Assembly: GCA_963718895.1 (NCBI GenBank)
Contig: CAVRAG010000007.1
Location: forward strand, 416,001-480,000
Origin: an uncultured Nitrososphaerota archaeon
GTDB lineage: Archaea; Thermoproteota; Nitrososphaeria; Nitrososphaerales; Gagatemarchaeaceae
Direction of reading: 5' to 3'
DNA length: 64,000 bases
Part shown: piece by piece, positions 9,199 to 18,610 of the stretch
Layout: each line of letters starts with the position of its first letter
How positions within the stretch are numbered: position 1 is the first letter of the stretch
The notes under the pieces: model-generated
Databases searched by the model: none
Told to the model about the DNA's origin: nothing
Seen by the model: the letters and a program-made list of their open reading frames with translations, nothing else
Program-made: the position numbers and the translations under genes

Positions 9199-9406
9199 GA
9201 CGTTGCAAGGCACATTCCCCGGACAGGGCTCCAGAAGGAGCAGCAAAGCGATCGCTGTATCTGAGGCATCGGCACAGTACCCTGTGGACGCCGGCGGGTG
9301 AACTGGCCGTCCTGATTGATAAGGAGCCAGGCGGGTCAGGAGCGATCCGCAGTAAACAAGACAATCATCATGGTGGGGATTATATGACTCACGAAGATGA
9401 AAGGGG

Positions 9407-10654
9407 ATGGAGGGACCCGTCGACGAATCCTGGAAGGATAGCCTTCGTTCGTATGTCCTCGAACACGGCGACGACATAAGCTTCACGAAGTACTTCTGGA
9501 AGGGGTGTGAACCGCTACCGCAGGACATCCGGCAATATGAGAGGTTCGTCAAAGCAAACTGCTTACTTCGTGATGGTGTCAAACCGCCCAAGGTGGCAGA
9601 GGTCATTGGAATCAATCACAACTCGATATATAGTTGGAAGAGACTGCGGCAGATGCCAAAACTCGGGCACTTTCTGAAAGCGTTTCTAAGTCTCGGTCCA
9701 CCAGATGAAGGATATGTATGGTTAACACTCGAACAGTCGCACGGCCACGCGACGCCTCTGGGAGAGTTCGTTCAGGTTCGGACTTCTGTCGAATCATGGA
9801 CCGATGTGGACCGCACCATCTCGAAGATCACGTCCATCAACGAAGAAACTGCTAGATTCAGCAATCCCTATGTGTTCGGTTTTCTCGTCGGTGTCATTCT
9901 CGGCGATGCTCACAAGCCAAAACAAGGTCACGGCCACCGACACATCGACCTGGTTCTAAGCAAGAAATATGAAACAAACCTTAGAATCGGGGACTTCACC
10001 TGTTATTGCGCCAATCGGCTCGGACTCAGGATGGATAGGTCGCCCGACAGGCCAAAGCCCGAGGACAAACCTCACGGTTTCTTCGAATGGGTTTCCCAAT
10101 CCTCAGCCTTGATTGATTGGATATTCAATGCGATTCTCGGTCTCGAAGATGGTCAGACCACTACGTACGATCAGATTCATCTCGACTGGGCCCTAAGCGC
10201 CCCCCTTGATTTCCGAACAGGGTTGATTCAGGGGATTGCAGAGTCGGACGGGTCAGTCAGCATAGCCAGTCAAGTGGTGGAGTTTTGGGTGATTCCGGAT
10301 TGGGATTTCATGATTAAGTTATTAGCTACTTTCGGCCTAAAGGGATTCCGCAACAGAGAAGCCGTATCCTTGGTGAAGAGTCAGGCAATCGCTTCCTTCA
10401 AGGTGCCTGTATTTGCTGAACATCTTCAAACCGTTAGGTATCAGCGATTGAAGTTGATGGCTACAGCAAGAACTCTGTCGAGACTTGAGAGGTTACCTTT
10501 GGATGTACGACTGCAAGTGGGCAGACTAGCATCACAAGGACTGTCCGTACCCAAGATAGTGGAGGAGGTCGCGAGGACATATGATCTGCTGATTTCGTTT
10601 GAAGCGGCTCAACGATGGGTTAGGAACAGTCGAAGGGAATCAAACCACACATAA
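9407..10654 (+). CDS. Free-standing double-motif LAGLIDADG endonuclease with N- and C-terminal HTH
   Basis: FGFLVGVILGDAH and GLIQGIAESDGSV motifs; N-terminal VAEVIGINHNSIYSW HTH; C-terminal GLSVPKIVEEV...ISFEAAQRWV; low GC. Confidence 0.85.
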   Translation: MEGPVDESWKDSLRSYVLEHGDDISFTKYFWKGCEPLPQDIRQYERFVKANCLLRDGVKPPKVAEVIGINHNSIYSWKRLRQMPKLGHFLKAFLSLGPPDEGYVWLTLEQSHGHATPLGEFVQVRTSVESWTDVDRTISKITSINEETARFSNPYVFGFLVGVILGDAHKPKQGHGHRHIDLVLSKKYETNLRIGDFTCYCANRLGLRMDRSPDRPKPEDKPHGFFEWVSQSSALIDWIFNAILGLEDGQTTTYDQIHLDWALSAPLDFRTGLIQGIAESDGSVSIASQVVEFWVIPDWDFMIKLLATFGLKGFRNREAVSLVKSQAIASFKVPVFAEHLQTVRYQRLKLMATARTLSRLERLPLDVRLQVGRLASQGLSVPKIVEEVARTYDLLISFEAAQRWVRNSRRESNHT

Positions 10655-10720
10655 GGGCAGACCACGACTAAATATGACAAACAAGAATGAATCTGAGGGC
10701 AGAAATATTCTCTACAGGAA

Positions 10721-10936
10721 TCATTTGATTTTTCGAGCTTCTCTTTCTGTATCTCGCAACAATAGTATGTCGCTGAGCCTTATGGGCCCCTTCACGTTCC
10801 TCGTGAGGATCCTCCCCTTCTCCTTGCCCTCGAGTATCTTGACCCTGACCTGGGTTATCTCGCCCGCGACGCCGGTGCGCCCGACTATCTGGACGACCTC
10901 GGCCGGCGTGATAGACTCTGCGGCCTGCTTGCTCAT
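10721..10936 (-). CDS. rps28e: Ribosomal protein S28e
   Basis: [44 protein letters not shown]. Confidence 0.98.
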   Translation of the reverse strand: MSKQAAESITPAEVVQIVGRTGVAGEITQVRVKILEGKEKGRILTRNVKGPIRLSDILLLRDTEREARKIK

Positions 10937-11313
10937 GCCTTGCCTCTCACCCTCGCCAGCTCCTGGGTGACCTGGTCGAGGATCTGCTGTCCCTCGCCGG
11001 CCTCAATGACGGCCGCGGCGGCGGTGGAGACGTCTATGCCAATCGCAGGGCCTATCTGGTCCTTGGATGGTACGAAGACGTAGGGTATCTTCCTCTCGTC
11101 GCAGAGGAGGGGCAGGTGCGCGACGACCTCCGGGGGCTGGACGTCCTCGGCGATGACGACGAGCTTGGCCATGCCCCGCTCGATCGATTTTGTGGTCTCG
11201 TTGGTCCCCTTCCTGACCTTGCCGGACCTCGAAGCCTGCCTCAGGACCTCGTAGGCCGCCTCGGATACCTCCTTAGGGGTCTCGAACTTTACGAAATAGG
11301 GTTTCGGGGTCAT
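10933..11313 (-). CDS. rpl7ae: Ribosomal protein L7Ae
   Basis: [42 protein letters not shown]. Confidence 0.97.
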   Translation of the reverse strand: MTPKPYFVKFETPKEVSEAAYEVLRQASRSGKVRKGTNETTKSIERGMAKLVVIAEDVQPPEVVAHLPLLCDERKIPYVFVPSKDQIGPAIGIDVSTAAAAVIEAGEGQQILDQVTQELARVRGKA

Positions 11314-11422
11314 CTTGCAATATATCGCCCACAGCCGCATTTTTGGGGAGGCATATAAGCTTGGTCGGTCTCAGAATGTCTCCGGAAGGCATCCTTGGTG
11401 TGGAGAGTCGGGTGAGTATCTT

Positions 11423-13143
11423 CTATCCGTGGGCCAGTACGCACCTTGAGGGCGCGTCGACCCTGACGAAGCCGTAGCGCGGGAACTGGACGATGTCGCC
11501 CTCCTTTAGGCGGTCGAAGGCGCTCTCGGCGACGCCGAGCCTGGTTTTCAGGCTGTCCTTGTTGAAGGTCCCGTCCTCGAGGAAGAGCTCGGAGGGCTCG
11601 AGCACCTCGACGCCGTGGGAGTCGTCCTGGACGACCCACTGCAGCTTCCTGCTGTCCTGGACCATCTCCTCGCCCTCGTAACGGCCCAGGGCCTCCCCTC
11701 CGGGCGCCTTTGAGAGCAGACGGACGTTGTAGAGCTCCATCAGGCGGAAGACCTGCCCCTCGGCCATCTTGCCGACGTCGCCCGAGGGGACGAAGAAGAG
11801 CCCCGCCGTGGTCACGGTGCGCTCGCCGAGCTTCTCGAGCGGATGGAAGGGGATCGTCACCCGCTTCTCGCGGCGCCCCCTCGACCCTCAGCTTCACCGG
11901 GTCTGGGACGAAGTAGACGCGCCTCGTCACCGGGTCGAGCATCTTCCTGTTGACAGCGAAGAGCAGGGACCAGTCGAAGGTGTGCTCGGACTTGGTGTAG
12001 CCGACCTCGGTGGTGAACTGACGTATGGCGCCCGGGAGGATGCCCCGCCGCACGACGCCCTCGATCGTCGGCATCCTCGGGTCGTCCCAGCCCGTGACCA
12101 GCTTTTCCTCGACGAGGGGCCTGAGGAGCCTCTTCTGCACGGGGGTCCCCTTGAAGTTGAAGCGGGAGAACTGGGTGACCCTTATCGGAGGGAACCCGAG
12201 GAGGGACCTGACGAGCTCCTGCAGCCCCACGTGGAACTCCGATGACCTCAGGACGTGGGTCACGGTGCATATCTGGTCCTCGACGACGACCTCGAAGTCG
12301 TAGGTCGGCCAGACGATGTACTTCTCCCCGGTGAGGGGGTGGGGGTAGTCGATTATCCTTGCGATGTTCGGGTCCCTGAGCGAGTAGTCGAGGTTGGCGA
12401 GGTCGCCCTTGAGCCGTATCACGTAGGTCCCCTCCCTGTGCTTCCTTGCGAGCATCTCGGACCAGACGGCGACGTTCTTCTCGACGGTCTGCGCCCTGTG
12501 CTCGCAGGCGGTCCCCTCGAACCTGAGCTTCTTCATCCGCTCGGGCGGGCAGGCGCAGGCGTAGGCCGATCCCGGCCTCGATCAGGTCCTGGATGTGCTC
12601 GTAGAGGAGGTCGATGTCGCTCGAGACGTTCTTCTCGTAGTCCCACTCTATCCCGAGCCAGGTGTACCCCTTCCTGAAGGACTCGTAGTAGCGCTTCTGG
12701 ACCTTCCGGGGGTTGGTGTCCTCGAACCTCAGCCAGAGCTTCCCGTCGTACATCTGCTTGTAGACGTCGTTGATCGTCCCGGCCATGGCGTGGCCTATGT
12801 GCATGAAGCCCGAGGGCTCCGGGGGGAGCCTCACGACGAAGGCGCCCTTGACCGCGCCCTCGAGCGGCGCGAGCCCGACCCTCTGCTCCTGCCTGTGCTC
12901 CTGCACGGCCTCGGGATACTTCTCCTTCAGGGCCAGCTCCTGCTGCTGGACGGTGAGCGCGTTGACCGCCTTCACGACCTCGGCCGAGACCCGGGCGACC
13001 TCCCTGGCGAGCGCCCGGAGGGCCGGCGCATCCCCCAGGACCTTGCTGACGACCGCACCGACCTCGGCCCTCCCTCCGTGCCTGACCGCGTTCTGGAGGG
13101 CGTACTTCTCCATGGATGACCTGTCCTGCTCGCTTATGCTCAA
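11423..13143 (-). CDS. gltX: Glutamyl-tRNA synthetase (two apparent +1 frameshifts near 12570 and 11870)
   Basis: PPEPSGFMHIGHA, LRFEDTNP, WPTYDF, THVLR, GWDDPRMPT, VQFPRYGFVRVD, spread over three frames. Confidence 0.93.
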
Positions 13144-13149
13144 GGCTCT

Positions 13150-14184
13150 CTACCAGTCCCGCTCGACGGAGTAGCGGGCGATCTCCTCCAGCCTCTGGAC
13201 GGCCTCACGCTCCCCGGGCCACGGGATGGTCCTCAACGTCGCCAGCGCCTCGTCGAGGAGGTGCGCGGCCCTCTCGTTGGCGTAGGTCAGGACCCTGTAC
13301 CTCTCTATCATCTCGAGGATCTCGTCGAGGTGCGCCTTCCTCTCCTCCCTTGGCATGGCGAAGAGCTCGATCATCCTCTGCTTCTCCTCGCGGGTCCCGA
13401 CCTGGAGCAGCCTGATCAGGATGAGAGTGCGCTTCCCCTCGAGGAGGTCGTCGGCGTACTGCTTCCCGTACTTGGCGCCGGCCGAGAGGTTGAGGACGTC
13501 GTCGTGAATCTGGAAGGCGACCCCGAGCGTCGTCCCCGCGGCTATCAGGGCGCCGAGGGTCCGGGGGTCGGCGCCGGCGGCTATCCCGCCGAGGCGCATG
13601 GGGCTGATGACGGTGTACCAGGAGGTCTTCTTGGTGCACATCCTGTAGTAGTCCTCCTCCGAGATCCTCCAGTTCTTGGTCACGACCCAGCTCAGCTCCA
13701 TCTGCTGCCCCTCGGTCGTCTCGTTGATCATCCGCGCGAACTCGTCCATGACGTCGAGCGTCCTCTCCCCGCCCAGACGCTCCCTGTTCCTGAGCAGGGC
13801 CTGCCACATCCGGCCGTGAAGCGCGTCGCCCGTGTTCAGGGCGAGCGTCCAGTCGTACTTCCTGTGCAGGGCCGGCGCGCCCCTTCTCAGCTCCGAGCCG
13901 TCCTCGATGTCGTCGTGTATCAGTATCCAGTTCTGAAAGAGCTCCAGGGACGCGGCCGTCATGAGGACGTCTCCCTCGCCGCCTCCGAAGGCCCTGCAGC
14001 TGGTCACGCAGATGAAGGGTCGCATCCCCTTCCCTCCCCTCTCGGGGTAGTCGCGCATCATCTTGTAGAGCAGCTCCACCTCGGCGATCGTGTGGGACTT
14101 GGGAAGGATGTCCTCGAGCAGCAGCCTGTCGACCCGGGACTTCACTCCCTTCATCTCCTCCAGCATCTGCGAGAACTCGACCAT
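13150..14184 (-). CDS. idsA: Geranylgeranyl diphosphate synthase (polyprenyl synthetase)
   Basis: GGKGMRP, LIHDDIED.S.LRRG, GQ, KKT, FQIHDD, DLLEGKRT; start MVEFSQ at 14184. Confidence 0.93.
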   Translation of the reverse strand: MVEFSQMLEEMKGVKSRVDRLLLEDILPKSHTIAEVELLYKMMRDYPERGGKGMRPFICVTSCRAFGGGEGDVLMTAASLELFQNWILIHDDIEDGSELRRGAPALHRKYDWTLALNTGDALHGRMWQALLRNRERLGGERTLDVMDEFARMINETTEGQQMELSWVVTKNWRISEEDYYRMCTKKTSWYTVISPMRLGGIAAGADPRTLGALIAAGTTLGVAFQIHDDVLNLSAGAKYGKQYADDLLEGKRTLILIRLLQVGTREEKQRMIELFAMPREERKAHLDEILEMIERYRVLTYANERAAHLLDEALATLRTIPWPGEREAVQRLEEIARYSVERDW

Positions 14185-14186
14185 GG

Positions 14187-15266
14187 TCAATCGACCCAGT
14201 AGGTGAGGGGCGGCGTGACTATCTTCCTGACCGCCTTCAGCTCGGAGACCGTGCCGGCACCGGTGACGAACATCGTGGTCCTCAGCTCCAGGAGCGTGTG
14301 TTCGGCGAAGGCCTCGAGCGCCTTCCTTCCCCTGACCGCGCTCTCGAGCATGGGCCTCGCCATCCCGCAGACCTCCGCCCCCAGGGAGAGGCACTTGGCG
14401 ACCTCGAGGCCGTTCCTCAGCCCGCCCGAGGCGATCAGTGGGACTCGGACGGCGTCCCGGGCCTCGATCACCGCGGCGGCCGTGGGGATGCCCCAGTCCC
14501 AGAAGAGCGAACCCAGCGCCGCCTTACCCGCATCCTTCTGCTCCGTCGCCCTGATCGCCTCGACCCCCGCCCAGCTCGTCCCCCCGGCCCCCGAGATGTT
14601 GATCGCCTTCACGCCGGCGCCCTCGAGCTCGCGGGCGACCTCCCGGCTTATCCCCGCCCCGACCTCCTTGACGATGACCGGTACGGAGAGCTTCTGGCAG
14701 AGGTTCCTTATCGCCGCGAGGACGCCCCGAAACGAGGCCTCTCCCTCCGGCTGGACCGCCTCCTGGAGCGGGTTGAGGTGGACGGCCAGGGCGTCGGCCC
14801 CTATCATCGAGACGAGCTTCTCCGCGTCCTCGACCGGGAAGCCCTTGGCGAGCTGGGCTCCTCCTATGTTCGCGAAGAGGAAGGCGGACGGCGCCCTCTT
14901 CCTCGCCACAGCGTAGGTCCGCGCCATCCCCTCTGAGAGCAACCCCGCGCGCTGGCTGCCGAGGCCCATGGCGAACCCCATCTCCTGGGCGACCTCGGCG
15001 AGGGTCCCGTTGATCTCCTCGGCCTTTGGCGCGCCTCCCGTCATCGAGTCGATCACGATCGGCGCGAGGAGCTTCTTCCCGAGGAAGTTCACCGAGAGGT
15101 CGATGTCTGCCACGTCCATCTCGGGGAGGGCGCAGTGGATCAGGTGGACGCACTCGAGGAGCGTCGTCACCTCCTTCGCCTGGACGTTCTTGCCGAGCAC
15201 CACGTCGATACCTTCCTCCTTCCTCCGGATGATGTCCCGTATCCTCGCGTCTTCGCTCTTACTCAC
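14187..15266 (-). CDS. fni: Type 2 isopentenyl-diphosphate isomerase
   Basis: MTGG, GSQR, NIG, HLNPLQE, VKEVGAG, GAGGTSW, WGIPT, ASGGLRNG. Confidence 0.96.
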   Translation of the reverse strand: MSKSEDARIRDIIRRKEEGIDVVLGKNVQAKEVTTLLECVHLIHCALPEMDVADIDLSVNFLGKKLLAPIVIDSMTGGAPKAEEINGTLAEVAQEMGFAMGLGSQRAGLLSEGMARTYAVARKRAPSAFLFANIGGAQLAKGFPVEDAEKLVSMIGADALAVHLNPLQEAVQPEGEASFRGVLAAIRNLCQKLSVPVIVKEVGAGISREVARELEGAGVKAINISGAGGTSWAGVEAIRATEQKDAGKAALGSLFWDWGIPTAAAVIEARDAVRVPLIASGGLRNGLEVAKCLSLGAEVCGMARPMLESAVRGRKALEAFAEHTLLELRTTMFVTGAGTVSELKAVRKIVTPPLTYWVD

Positions 15267-16011
15267 GAGAAGGATCCTTGACTGATGTACCGTGAAATCG
15301 CAGACCCTTTAAGGCTTTGGAGAATTCCGCGGGTCGAAAGCCGGACACGAACGCGACCTCGGTCCCCCCGGACGCGATCCTCAGGGCTTCCCTCACCTTC
15401 AGTGCGATCCCGCCTGTCGCGTCCTCCGAGCGGGCGAACTCGAGCGCCGCGGCCCCCTTGGCGTCGACCGTGCGGAGCAGTCCGTTCGGACCGACTATCC
15501 CATCCACGTCCATGACGAAGACGCACCTCTCCGCCTTCAGCTGCTTGGAGAGGAGCAGGGCGATCGTGTCACCCGAGAGGACCCTGAAGCCCGTCCTGTC
15601 CCGGACGACGTCGCCGAAGGTGATGGGGGTCAGGCCCTCCGAGACCGACTCGAGCAACCACGAAGAGCCTCTTCGGCCCGCAGCTGCGAGGAGCGGGAAC
15701 GGAGAGAAGGTGTACGGGTGGAGCCCCTCGGAGATGAAGCAGTCGCAGATTCTCATGTTGAGGTCGAACATTGCGCGCCTCGTCTCGGCGACGCCATCGG
15801 GGGTCCGGCTGGAAGAGCGGGACGACAGGCCGTACCTCTTGGCAACGGGGTGCCCGAACGAACCTCCTCCGTGGACCACGACGGCCTGTACGCCCGAAGC
15901 CGAGATCGCACGTGCGAGGGAGGCGACCGCCGCGGGCCTGAACGAGGAATCCTTCTCCTTGTCGGTGACTATCGAGCCGCCGAGCTTGACCACCACTACT
16001 CGGCTGTCCAC
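15259..16011 (-). CDS. ipk: Isopentenyl phosphate kinase
   Basis: VVKLGGSIVTDK, VHGGGSFGH, GDVV, LSGD, DVDG, DATGGI..K; GTG start at 16011. Confidence 0.92.
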   Translation of the reverse strand: MDSRVVVVKLGGSIVTDKEKDSSFRPAAVASLARAISASGVQAVVVHGGGSFGHPVAKRYGLSSRSSSRTPDGVAETRRAMFDLNMRICDCFISEGLHPYTFSPFPLLAAAGRRGSSWLLESVSEGLTPITFGDVVRDRTGFRVLSGDTIALLLSKQLKAERCVFVMDVDGIVGPNGLLRTVDAKGAAALEFARSEDATGGIALKVREALRIASGGTEVAFVSGFRPAEFSKALKGLRFHGTSVKDPSRE

Positions 16012-16929
16012 ACCCTCACCCCTCCGGACGGGACCTCGCTGATGAAGGACCTGAACCCGCGTGGACGCGAGCCGGTCCGCTATCTCGGTCTCCGACTCCC
16101 TGGGGGCGACCCCCAGCACGCTCCCACCTCCGCCGGCCCCCGTCAGCTTCGCCCCGTAACAGCCGTACTCGAGGCAGAGGTCGACGAGCCGGTCCAGCCT
16201 CTCGTTCGAGGCTCCGACCATCGCGAGGACCGCGTGGTTGTAGGTCATCAGCGCGCCGAGCTCCTCGAGGCGGCCGTCCAGGAAGCGCTCGGTCGCCAGC
16301 GCCGTCATCACGGAGGCCGAGTCGCAGAGCTTGGAGAAGAGGTGCGGGTAGTCCTTCTTCATGGATGAGACCTTTGTGATGAGCCGCTTCGAGGACCTCC
16401 TGTCCCCCGAGTAGACCACGAGCAGCCTGATGGGCCGGGGCAGGACCAGCCTTCTCGGCTCCTCGCCGACCCTGAACTGCAGCACTCCGCCGATGGCCGA
16501 GACGGCCACGTCGATCCCTGAAGGGTTCCCGTGGACGAGTCTCTCGCCGAGCATCGCCGTCTCGACTATCGAGGTGGTGTCCATGTTCCATCCCTCGAGC
16601 CTGCTCACGGCCGCCACGGTCGCGACCATCGACGAGGCCGACGAGCCGAGGCCCGCTCCCGCGGGGAGCTCGGACGAGATCACTATCCTCGCTTTCGGCT
16701 CGGTCGACCTCTCCCTGTACATCTCGCGGACGAGCCTCTCCACCGGGAGAAGTTCCGAGCCCGCGCGTCGGTACCGCGAGAGCGGCGTCTCGACGACCAG
16801 GTCTGAGGACGGAGAGGCTTCGACCCTGGTCTTCTGGCCTATGGCGGCCGCGAGGGCGAGGGCGCCGTGGACGACGAAGTGCTCGCCGGTGATGATTACC
16901 TTTCCGGGAGCCTCCGCGACGACCTTCAG
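15996..16929 (-). CDS. mvk: Mevalonate kinase
   Basis: APGKVIITGEHFVVHG, PAGAGLGSSA, HGNPSGID, GAKLTGAGGGG. Probable CTG start at 16929; a natural C-terminus RGFRSFISEVPSGGVRVWTAE* lies in another frame after a probable 1-nt insertion near 16064. Confidence 0.92.
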
Positions 16930-16935
16930 GACGGC

Positions 16936-17775
16936 TCACCTGAAGGTGACCGAGGGATAGCCCACGACCGCATCGTTTTCTCCGGTCGTGTCCCCGCTGC
17001 TTGCATATTTGTGCAATTCACCCCGCTTGAAACCGAGGAGCCGGCTGGCCTCCATCACGGTGGCGATCGCCCCGTACCCGCACGCGGTCACGCGCCTCTC
17101 TTCGAGCACGCCGTAGAACCCCTCGACGTCGAGCCGGAGCACGGGTTCGAGGAGCGCTGTGTCCTTCTCTCTGGCTATCGCCGCCGGCTCGTAGTGGGTC
17201 AGGTCCGAGGAGGCAATCAGGACTGCGTTCCTCCCCTTGAGCAGGACCGAGAGGCCCCGGCCGAGCTCCCTCGCCGTGTCCATGTCCTGGAAGGCGAGGC
17301 AGATGGGGAGGATCTTGATCTCGTGGTATATCTCCTGCAGGAAGGGGACCTGGACCTCCAGCGAGTGCTCCCTCCTCTGGGACTCGGGGTCGTAGTCGAC
17401 GAGGCCGGTCAGCTCGACTATCCTGCGAGCCGCCTCCGAGTCTACCTGGACGTTCCCCAGAGGGGTCGCCCATTCTCCCTCCCGGAAGGTCGAGATCCCC
17501 GACCCGACGCCGTAGTGGTTCGGGCCGACGATGACCGCTAGCTCCGGGCGGCGGAGGGACGAGAGCCACAGGTAGCTGTGGGCCGCGACCGGGCCCGAGT
17601 AGACGTATCCGGCGTGGGGGCAGATGCAGGCCATCACGCCCTTCCGCTCCTCGGCCGACGGCGGAAGCGAGCCGGGCCCCAGCGGATGCATGTACGAGTC
17701 CCGTATGAGCGCCCTGAGGTCACGGGGGTCATCGGGATAGAAGCTCCCTGCGACGGCCGGTCTTCTTGGAATCAT
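16936..17775 (-). CDS. MEMO1 family protein (AmmeMemoRadiSam B)
   Basis: RRPAVAGSFYP, PHAGYVYSG, GPNH, EHSLEVQVPFLQ, SSDLTHY, ACG. Confidence 0.94.
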   Translation of the reverse strand: MIPRRPAVAGSFYPDDPRDLRALIRDSYMHPLGPGSLPPSAEERKGVMACICPHAGYVYSGPVAAHSYLWLSSLRRPELAVIVGPNHYGVGSGISTFREGEWATPLGNVQVDSEAARRIVELTGLVDYDPESQRREHSLEVQVPFLQEIYHEIKILPICLAFQDMDTARELGRGLSVLLKGRNAVLIASSDLTHYEPAAIAREKDTALLEPVLRLDVEGFYGVLEERRVTACGYGAIATVMEASRLLGFKRGELHKYASSGDTTGENDAVVGYPSVTFR

Positions 17776-17839
17776 TCGGTGCCGGCAGGACGGTGGAGGC
17801 TTAAGAGATTTGGGTCGTGAAGCTCCGTGAGGAGCCGGG

Positions 17840-18511
17840 CTACTCTTCTTCCTCTTCGGCGAGGTCGGACTCGAGGAGCTTGGTCTCGAAGTCGTCGATC
17901 GTGTACTTCATCTGCTGGTCGCCGGTCAGTACGCCCGAGTGCTCCTGGACGGACCTGGCGAGGAGCCAGAATATCGCAGCGAGGGCCTTCCTGCCCCTGT
18001 TGTTCCCGGGTATGACCACGTCGACATCGTCGGTGATGTTGTCGGTGTCGCAGACCGCGATGACCGGGATTCCCATCGTTGCCGCCTCTATGAGGGCCTG
18101 GGTGTCGGATGCGGGGTCGGCGACGACGACCAGCTCGGCGTCCAGATGACCGGGAAAGAGCGGGTTGGTGAAGGTCCCGGGCATGAACCTGCCCTTGACG
18201 GCGATCGCCCCCGTGACCTCGCAGAACTTCTCGACGGGGACTCGCCCGTAGTCCTTGCTCGCGTAGACGACCGTGTTCGCCGCCCCGGCGAAAGCGATGA
18301 ACTTGCCGGCGACGTCTATCCTGTGAAGCGTCTTCGAATAATCGATAAGGTGCAGCCCGTCGGGCCTCGGCCTCGTCGTGAACTGCTCCATCGTCTTCGT
18401 CCGTACCTGCGTCCCGATCCTAATCCCCGTAGCGAGAAGAGCTTTTTCGGAGAGCTGCGGGATTACCATCTTCTCCTCCGAGCCGCTCTCTTCATCTCCG
18501 TGTTCTGCCAT
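17840..18511 (-). CDS. rps2: Ribosomal protein S2
   Basis: LLATGIRIGT, GRFMPGTFTNP, CDTDN, IPGNNRGRKALA. Confidence 0.97.
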   Translation of the reverse strand: MAEHGDEESGSEEKMVIPQLSEKALLATGIRIGTQVRTKTMEQFTTRPRPDGLHLIDYSKTLHRIDVAGKFIAFAGAANTVVYASKDYGRVPVEKFCEVTGAIAVKGRFMPGTFTNPLFPGHLDAELVVVADPASDTQALIEAATMGIPVIAVCDTDNITDDVDVVIPGNNRGRKALAAIFWLLARSVQEHSGVLTGDQQMKYTIDDFETKLLESDLAEEEEE

Positions 18512-18610
18512 GTTACTTATCCCAATTCACCAATGTTGCTGTGTCGAGCCTTTCGGCTTCTCGAGGTACGTCTTTTAAGCGTATTGAGGTCGAGGAAACG
18601 GGACCCCCCA

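Noticed and set aside
3778-10654. LAGLIDADG ORFs as inteins or rRNA intron ORFs
   Set aside because: They have their own stop codons, lack splicing termini, and no rRNA/tRNA exons flank them.
11423-13143. gltX as pseudogene or programmed frameshift
   Set aside because: Essential gene with intact motifs, no slippery sites, and many similar indels elsewhere.
15259-16929. Apparent mevalonate kinase-isopentenyl phosphate kinase fusion in one frame
   Set aside because: A normal Mvk C-terminus with stop (15996) appears after removing one base near 16064, and ipk has its own GTG; fits the window-wide indel errors.
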